Assembly: GCA_050012135.1 (NCBI GenBank)
Contig: JBEKHT010000002.1
Coordinates: 7,268-71,267, forward strand
Origin: Anaerolineales bacterium
Lineage (GTDB): Bacteria > Chloroflexota > Anaerolineae > Anaerolineales > RBG-16-64-43
Length of the DNA: 64,000 nucleotides
Reading direction: 5' to 3'
A model generated the notes under the pieces. It searched no databases and was not told the origin of the DNA. It saw only the letters and a list, made by a program, of their open reading frames with translations. Positions 57,383 through 64,000 of the stretch are shown here, in pieces. Position 1 is the stretch's first letter; every line of letters begins with the position of its first letter. Made by a program: the position numbers and the translations under genes.

Positions 57383-58363
57383 TCGATCCTCGAAGGGTTG
57401 GGTCGTTTCACACAGCCCGATCGGCTTCAGTATATCAACCCAAAGGAGTCAGCGTCAAACGGAGCGCGGGATAGGTCCAGCGAGGTCTAGAATCCTGCAC
57501 GCTGGGCCAGTGCCTGGCCATCGCGGGCGGGGCCTTCTTGAGCCGAGGTTCCCTTTCGCCATGCTGTTTTCATGCGGGGACATCAGAAGGAGCTTTCCGG
57601 CATGATCCGAAGATCTTCTGGTTGTCCATCGGAAAAGAGCGCGGCAAGTGGGCATCCTCGAGGCTCCACGGAGGCAAGGCCGGAGGGATGACAAAGCCAA
57701 GACTTGGATCTCACGGCGGGGACTATTCAGGCGCACGTCCTGGCTTCCCTGGAATACCCGTCCGAAGCACTCCCCCGGGTGCACACTCTCGGTGCCCACG
57801 CCCGAGGCGATGGCCCCGGGGGCCTGGCGCTCGAAAGAGCGCCATTTCAATTGATTCTCTGCCCAAGGGGGACAAGTGCCCAGTGCAGAAGAAGGGGAGC
57901 TGCCGGGGTCAGGAGAACAAACAGGAGCACCACCGGCTCGGCCGACTTCAAGCCATACCCCTCGAACCGCTCGAAGAACGGGACCGGCGCGGTTTCGAGT
58001 GGTAGCCCGGGGCGATCGCCGCCCAAATCCACTCGATCGGCGCGCCCACCTCATCCCGGCCCCGAGTCTGTCAGGCCGAGGGTCGCCGCATCCCTGTGTG
58101 TCCCTCCCCTCCGGGCGGACGCTTGCAAGTCATAAGGCCTGGTCAGGTTTGGGCCACCCGAGGGCGCCAAGCCCAACTGAGCACACAAGGGCGGAGAATC
58201 CTCGTCCTGTGACCGCCTGGGTCCCTGGGATGGCGACAAGAAAGGAGGAGAGCAGACAAGGCGGGTCGGCCCAGACAGGGAGCCGCCCGGAGGGGTTGGG
58301 TCAAGCCGCCAAGCGGAAAGGGAGAAGTCCCAGTAGCTCTAAGTTGAGGCGCCCTTGGCTCGG

Positions 58364-59521
58364 TCAGGGAGAGGAAGTTGGAGGGACTTGGCCTCCGCTC
58401 CAGCCGAAGATCCAGACATCACTCTCGACGCCCGCGGAGGTGTAGATCGGCTTGCCATCCGGGGTCGTTCCCGTTTGCCTCGCCACGGAGACAGACCATC
58501 GGAATAAGTGCGTTGTCGAGTCCGTTGGCCGCAGGGTGGTTGGGACAACGAATTTGGTGTCGGTGACGTATCCCACGGACTGGTGGCCGCTTCCCTCGGT
58601 GATATCCCCGACGGTCACCTGGTAGTACTCGTTGCCCCGCAGTTGGGCAACCGCCGCCCATTGGAGGGCGATGGTCTGGTCATTGAGTCCGAAGACCGAG
58701 CCATCCCTGGGGGTGAGCAGGTTCGGGGCGGGGTAAGGCGGGGGTGTCGTCGCTGTCGGAGTCGGGCCAGGGGTGGGCAGTCGCTCGCACAACGGGACCT
58801 GAACCGTCAGCCCGCTGAAGACGGTATCCCCGTAGATGTTCTGGTTGTACTTTTTCAATCCGTCGATGGAGACATTGAAGTTGGCCGCGATTCCGGCGAG
58901 CGTGTCGCCCTCCTTGACGGTGTATGGGAACAGCTGGCAGGCGGTGACGGTGGCATGGGCGGCTGTGTAGGTCGCGGTCGAGGGGGGCAGCGGAGTTTGG
59001 GTTGGTTGTGGGATCAGCAGCTTTTGCCCGACCGCCAGGTTGTTGCATGAGGCCGGCAGATTGTTGAGTTGCAGAATCGACTGTACAGAGACGTTGTAGC
59101 GTATCGCCAGCCCAAGGCACGTGTCGTTCAGCGCCACAACGTACGAGACGGGCGGCAAGGGCGTTACGGTCGGTGTGGGTGCCGGGGTGTCCGAGGGGGA
59201 CAGGGTATCGGTGGGCGGGGAGGTCACTGTAGGCGTCTGGCTGGGCGAGGCGGGAGAAAACCCGCGCCCTGATCTGGCCAGGAAGGCGATGATCAATGCG
59301 CCAGCGATCATGAATAACGCAGCCCCCCCGATCAGTGTTGACCAGCCGAGGGTGACGCCTGGGCTAATCCCGGCGAGACGCGAGGGCAGGACCTGTCGTG
59401 CCGGACCAGGTTGAAGCTGCGTTCCGCACACCGCGCAGCGCGTTGCGGTCTCGGCAAGGCGGGTTCCGCAATTCGGACAGACTCGGCTAGCACTGGGGTT
59501 TCGGCCAGGGGGGGCGGTCAT
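58364..59521 (-). CDS. Zinc-ribbon / TM / Pro-Thr linker / tandem LysM protein
   Basis: CPNCGTRLAETATRCAVCGT, one TM span, PT-rich linker, two LysM-like units (YVVALNDTCLGLAIRYNV..., YTVKEGDTLAGIAANFNV...) and a C-terminal domain. Confidence 0.8.
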   Translation of the reverse strand: MTAPPGRNPSASRVCPNCGTRLAETATRCAVCGTQLQPGPARQVLPSRLAGISPGVTLGWSTLIGGAALFMIAGALIIAFLARSGRGFSPASPSQTPTVTSPPTDTLSPSDTPAPTPTVTPLPPVSYVVALNDTCLGLAIRYNVSVQSILQLNNLPASCNNLAVGQKLLIPQPTQTPLPPSTATYTAAHATVTACQLFPYTVKEGDTLAGIAANFNVSIDGLKKYNQNIYGDTVFSGLTVQVPLCERLPTPGPTPTATTPPPYPAPNLLTPRDGSVFGLNDQTIALQWAAVAQLRGNEYYQVTVGDITEGSGHQSVGYVTDTKFVVPTTLRPTDSTTHLFRWSVSVARQTGTTPDGKPIYTSAGVESDVWIFGWSGGQVPPTSSP

Positions 59522-59654
59522 TTCGCTCTGTCAGCGTTTTGGGCGGATTCTAGCGATTATACCAGAGCCCGAGTGCCCTTTGAGGGACAAGCCTTGCGAG
59601 CATCGGGTTGCGGGAGAGGCGAGCCCCGGGCCCGCCCCTCATGGGGAGCGGCTG

Positions 59655-60842
59655 CTACTTGGCGCGGGCATCCGGGCTGGGCATGCCCTCCACCGCGGTC
59701 GGCTCTCTATACCAGCGCCTCGTGTCGCCGATTGCTGACCGCATTTGCCACCGTGCGCTCTTTGGGCTCTTTTCTATCTCCTCCCGCAGCCCCTTGATCC
59801 GGTTGGCGAGTGCCGGGGATTCGGGAAGGCCCCCCCACGAACCCATGAACCGCAGGCGTTCCAGGTTCTTCGTCGCAGTCCTGTACCAGCCCCAGTCTTC
59901 GGCGCAGATCGTTGTGACGCGAGACACGTCAATCGCCTCGCCCGCTGGACCGGCCGATAAATCGTGATCCCATAGTAGCGCGATCAACTCACGCAGGTCC
60001 GATTCCGCGGCCTCCGCCTTCTGGAGGCAGACCAGGAGCAGATCAGTTGGGGGTAGAAGCTCTTCCTCCGCTCGGAGGGATTCGAGGATCTCAAGACGGT
60101 GGTACTGCTCGTAACTGTCCAAATGCAGGTCAACCCAGATCTCGGGCTCTTTCTTGTGGAAGATCAGGCGTTGGCTGCGATGCTCCTGATTGAAGCGCCT
60201 ATGCGGCTCATAACCGAGGAGGCGAAAGGTGCCCGGCAAGGCGTCCGCATCCGCAGATCGGCCTACCAATTCCAGGACTGGCAGGGAGGGGGGAAGCATC
60301 CACTGCTTGCCGGTGGGGCAGTGAAGGGCAACGCCTGCCGTGCCCACGATGCGAACGGCAAGACCACTCCCTCTGGTTGCCTTGGCGATCGATTGACCTT
60401 CCTGGACCAGGAGCCCGAGGAGCGGGGAGTCCACCCGGCTCGGAACGGGGGCATTGCCAAGGGGCGGTGGGACCTCCTGCTTCAAGGCGGCGCCTGTGGG
60501 CTTCGTCTCAGCAACAAGCCTCTTGATCAGAGGAGCCAGGGTGAGATTGAGAAGCGGGAGGTTGATGTTCGTCTGACAAACCAAGGCCAGTTTTCCCGAT
60601 GACAGGTTCCGGACAATCAATCTACCGTCTCGGAAGGTCAAGTCGAGCTCCTGGACGCGCTGCCGGAAGTCTTCCAAAGCCTGCATGGACCGCCAGGTGG
60701 ACTTAGCAATGATTTCCAGTCCGTCCTCGCTGGACCCAGCTGGCATCGAGCTCCCCTGGAGGTCTCCATCCTTCGAAATGAGGAAACAGCCACGCACTCC
60801 AGAGGCTTGGCGGATCTCCTCCAGGATTTCCTTAATGGGCAT
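59655..60842 (-). CDS. Roadblock/LC7 (MglB-like) domain protein with a ~270-aa uncharacterised C-terminal domain
   Basis: N-terminal ~110 aa (ILEEIRQASGVRGCFLISKDGDLQGSS...GKLALVCQTNINLPLL) fit the Roadblock pattern. The C-terminal part is unassigned, with a weak nucleotidyltransferase-like flavour. Confidence 0.65.
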   Translation of the reverse strand: MPIKEILEEIRQASGVRGCFLISKDGDLQGSSMPAGSSEDGLEIIAKSTWRSMQALEDFRQRVQELDLTFRDGRLIVRNLSSGKLALVCQTNINLPLLNLTLAPLIKRLVAETKPTGAALKQEVPPPLGNAPVPSRVDSPLLGLLVQEGQSIAKATRGSGLAVRIVGTAGVALHCPTGKQWMLPPSLPVLELVGRSADADALPGTFRLLGYEPHRRFNQEHRSQRLIFHKKEPEIWVDLHLDSYEQYHRLEILESLRAEEELLPPTDLLLVCLQKAEAAESDLRELIALLWDHDLSAGPAGEAIDVSRVTTICAEDWGWYRTATKNLERLRFMGSWGGLPESPALANRIKGLREEIEKSPKSARWQMRSAIGDTRRWYREPTAVEGMPSPDARAK

Positions 60843-60870
60843 GGATGATCTCCCCTTTGTCCAGAAGACG

Positions 60871-61536
60871 TCAGGAGGCGAGCGCGGTGCGCGCAGCGTT
60901 TAGGACCATCGCGGGAGACGCTTCTGGCTTCAACAGCAATCCGACGTATCCATCACCCTGCCGGAGCACGAGAACGCGCTGTTTGGTTTGGGTAATCACA
61001 CCGTGCTCGAAGGCACCCACCTCGATGTTCTCGGCAATCCGCGATGCCAGGGCGGCCAGGAAGACAGTCATGGCCGCCTCGACCTCTCCGTTTCCGCCCG
61101 GCACATCCGCGGCGACGACTGCGCCGTCCGCCCCTGCAGCGACCACCCCCAGCACGCCTTCAATCCGCTTCAGCTTCTGAAGGGAGGGGGCCCCGACGGC
61201 CGCTTTGCCCTGCTCGGCCCGCTGCCAGTCTGCCTGAAGCTGCATGGCCTCCAGGAGCAGTTCCGACCAAGGACGGTCGATCGTGTGCTCAGGACTGGCC
61301 ACTTCATTTTCCAGCACGAAGGTCCCTTCCGTCCATCGCAGCATCCGGTAGAGGGCGACCTCGCCGCTCTCGTCTCCCAGAGCGACGTGGACCACTTCGC
61401 CATCAGAAAAGTAAACGTACCCCTGCTGGCCGCCGGACGAGACGGAAAGGCGCGCCGAACGCAAGGCCCGGCAGTTGGTTTCCACGAGAGTCACCAGCGG
61501 CATCTCAACCAGGTTGCCGACGACGGGCATCCACAT
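60871..61536 (-). CDS. DUF4388 (PATAN-like) plus Roadblock/LC7 two-domain protein
   Basis: N-terminus: GNLVEMPLVTLVETNCRALRSARLSVSSGGQQGYVYFSDGEVVHVALGDESGEVALYRMLRWTEGTFVLE. C-terminus: IEGVLGVVAAGADGAVVAAD...VLVLRQGDGYVGLLL. Confidence 0.7.
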   Translation of the reverse strand: MWMPVVGNLVEMPLVTLVETNCRALRSARLSVSSGGQQGYVYFSDGEVVHVALGDESGEVALYRMLRWTEGTFVLENEVASPEHTIDRPWSELLLEAMQLQADWQRAEQGKAAVGAPSLQKLKRIEGVLGVVAAGADGAVVAADVPGGNGEVEAAMTVFLAALASRIAENIEVGAFEHGVITQTKQRVLVLRQGDGYVGLLLKPEASPAMVLNAARTALAS

Positions 61537-61746
61537 TCTCCTCTGGAGTCGATCCAGGCACGCTCGGCGGCTTCAGATGGCCGAGCGAATCTCATCCTCA
61601 CGGCCGAGAGCGTTCTGCCGATCTGACGGACCCTCAATCCCGACCGGGCCGCGTTCCTGCTCCGATAGGCCTGTGTGCTCCTTCCGATTCGTCCCGGGCT
61701 CGAGATGTGGGATCCCTGCGGCCCCTCGCGGTTTAGGAGCCCCTGC

Positions 61747-62751
61747 TCAGTCTGTTGAGGCTGGTTCTTGCCTCACATTTCTGCCGTCAGGCGGTGGCTT
61801 CTTGTCTGGCCACTTTGAAGAAGTCTGGGCCCGCTCGGCCGCGGCCAACGCAAGGGCTTGGAAGAACTCACCAACGCCCAACCCATCGAGGCAGGAACTC
61901 TCAAAATAGGGGATTCTCCAGGCCGAGGCCAGCGCCTCCGCTTCTGCGCGGTTCACCGCCCGGGGAAGATCGGACTTGTTCCCGAGCAGAAGGACCGGGA
62001 TGTCTCCCAGCGTCTCACGCACTTCGCGCCACCACACGGCCAGCTGGTAGAACGACGTGCGGTTGTGGAGGTCAAAGACCAGCCCAGCGGCCGAGCTGCC
62101 CTTGTACATGGACAAGCGAACTGATCGGAACCGGTTTTGTCCCGCAATATCCCAGACCACCAGCCGGAGGTTGACCCCGCGAGCCAGAACCGAGTAGATG
62201 TGAAAGTCCACCCCGATGGTCATCTCGCGGATCGGCTCGAACAGACCCGTGAGGTAGTACCGCAGAAGGGTGGTCTTCCCAACGCTCGCTTCGCCACCGA
62301 GGAGGACCTTGAGCGTCAGGGTGGGGACTGGTTCGACCTCGGAGGCCGGGCTTATGAGTGAGGTCAACTCTTGAGGGCTGGGGAAGCTGTTGAGAACTTG
62401 ATCGACGAGGCCCTCGTGTTCAGCAAAGGCCCACGGGTCGCCGTTTCCGACCGAGAGGACGCGAGTTTCGGCGGTTCCGGCTCGAAGAGAGCGGAGAGCA
62501 TCCGGTGTAGACCAGGAGGCCGTTCCGGGCCCGAGCAGGATCACATCGAAATGGACGTCCTCCAGTCGATCCAGGGAATCGCGCGTCGCGGACAGGGCGT
62601 GCACATCATAGGGCAGACCCTGAGCGTCAACCTGCTCCAGCCAGCGGGTAAGGTTGGCCTCGTCAGCCACCACCAGGACTTGCTTTCGGGAATCTGGCAT
62701 CGGGTATTGGTCCATGGACCGCACAAACCGGCAGCCGTACCTCCCGGCCAC
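61747..62751 (-). CDS. Ras/Rab-like small GTPase fused to an N-terminal pseudo-receiver domain
   Basis: G1 GGEASVGKTT, G2 MTIGVDF, G3 WDIAGQ, G4 GNKSD, G5 ESSC. The N-terminal ~130 aa are CheY-like but have G in place of the phospho-Asp (FDVILLGPG). The start is uncertain (62751, 62715 or 62700). Confidence 0.8.
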   Translation of the reverse strand: MAGRYGCRFVRSMDQYPMPDSRKQVLVVADEANLTRWLEQVDAQGLPYDVHALSATRDSLDRLEDVHFDVILLGPGTASWSTPDALRSLRAGTAETRVLSVGNGDPWAFAEHEGLVDQVLNSFPSPQELTSLISPASEVEPVPTLTLKVLLGGEASVGKTTLLRYYLTGLFEPIREMTIGVDFHIYSVLARGVNLRLVVWDIAGQNRFRSVRLSMYKGSSAAGLVFDLHNRTSFYQLAVWWREVRETLGDIPVLLLGNKSDLPRAVNRAEAEALASAWRIPYFESSCLDGLGVGEFFQALALAAAERAQTSSKWPDKKPPPDGRNVRQEPASTD

Positions 62752-64000
62752 CCCTTAACCACGCAAGCTGGGGTCTCCGTCCAGCTATCTCCTCGCCCAC
62801 AGGGTTACCGGGGAAGATCAACCCGGCCCGGCTTCGAAAAAGCGTTCGATCGCACGCAGACTGGTCCAGTCGGGTCTGGGCCCCACTGATTGTGCCATCT
62901 CCGCAGCGCTCGCGACCGTGCCGCTCTTCGATCTGGCCTTCAGGTTTGAAACATGTTAGGCCGCTTCCCTGTCGGTGTCAAATGGACCGGCTGACTTGCT
63001 TCCTATTCTGCACTCGATTCCGGCTCCATGGCATTGCTGTTAGGGTGCAGTCTGGTTATCCAAGGTGATGCCACAAACCTGGAGTGATTAGGAGGATACG
63101 CAAGATGCGTTGAACGAGCAGGGTAGCTTGGAAGCGGCAACTCGGGCGACGGTCCCGCCAGCTCACTCGACCTCCCCGGTGGAGTGAGAAGGTGACGCCG
63201 CCAGGATTGTCTTGGTACAAGCCATCGGTCAGGCGGGTCGCAATTTAGAGAACCACTTGGGTCACAAGGGCCAAATGCACGGGGAGGGGGCCGATCAAGA
63301 CGGGCCTCGGCCTTCCACCGAGGCGCGGGGTCCGGGTGCTCGGTTGGCAGGATTCGTCCGGCACCGCAGATCCGACCGAGTTGGGGAAAAGGAACGGGTG
63401 GAGATCGGGCTCTGCAACTCTTGGCTAGCTATTGCGCAGGGGGTCGTACTCCGGCTGTGTCCCGGCCCAGCAGCAGGTGGGTTGGTCAAGCAGGTTGCAC
63501 TGCAGGGCGAGTGAGCACCGACGGGACCGGACCCGTGGGGGCTGGTCAGGGAGGTTCTCGGCCGGGTATACGACCTGGACCTCAAGGCTTGCTATTTTAC
63601 CCACGCGGTCACAGAGCTTGGTCCGGACGGGTCGCCAAAGGACAGTCGCCATCCACCGTCTCCCACAGGCTCCAGCCGAAATGCCGGAGAATGCACGTAG
63701 CCTACGGCCGACTTTGGGGGCATCCAAGTGCCAAGTGTCCCTCACGGCCAGGATGAAGGGCATCCGCGGACAACTTCTCAATCTGGGCGAAGACCGGATG
63801 CGGATAGGGCGCTCGGAATTGGGGGTGCCCAGGTCTTCCAGAATTCAGCGGCGGTCCTCCATCCGCCCGCTCTTGGTGGCAATCGTCACGTGGACGTAAC
63901 TTCGTGGAAGGGCCAAGACCTCCTGTTGCACCTCGAAATGATACGATCGAAGGATCCCTCGCAATGGTTCGTCCCAGGCTGGAGATTGCCCCGTTACCTG

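Noticed and set aside
57383-58363. tRNA-Sec (selC) next to selD.
   Set aside because: The one TCA-containing loop candidate (GACTTCAAGCC near 57946) has no complementary anticodon stem, T-arm or acceptor stem.

Overview
GC-rich (about 60-65% by eye) bacterial chromosomal window, densely coding and mostly housekeeping or envelope genes. No outer-membrane components are visible, so a monoderm, possibly Chloroflexota-like, organism is a guess only. Recognisable genes include rsfS, ndk, rpoD, a GldA/F/G-like ABC module with DUF4340, membrane H+-pyrophosphatase, an HDAC-family deacetylase, ligA, rlmI, clpP, smpB, ssrA (tmRNA), hflX, hpf, a sulfonate/nitrate-type ABC importer, a molybdoenzyme and selD. 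Three things stand out in the envelope content: six GT-C-type membrane glycosyltransferase paralogues in two clusters, a 1025-aa TPR protein with 19 P-[ED]-W-L repeats, and a secretin-less Tad/Flp pilus locus. Several features are absent from the >=60-aa ORF track. These are three Flp prepilin genes (48-52 aa), a selenocysteine UGA that extends selD N-terminally by 53 codons, the tmRNA, ATGA-coupled micro-ORFs and a frameshifted DoxX gene. The candidates I rate most worth follow-up are: (1) a Ras-like GTPase (fused to a pseudo-receiver) with two Roadblock/LC7 proteins, one carrying DUF4388, at 59.6-62.8 kb; (2) an uncharacterised 267-aa gene packed between smpB and ssrA; (3) an integrase-less, AT-richer islet abutting the tmRNA 3' end; (4) a roughly 0.72-kb hairpin-dense stretch at 12.07-12.79 kb with no credible gene. 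I found no rRNA, tRNA or CRISPR array. All family assignments come from motif recognition by eye, and no searches were run.
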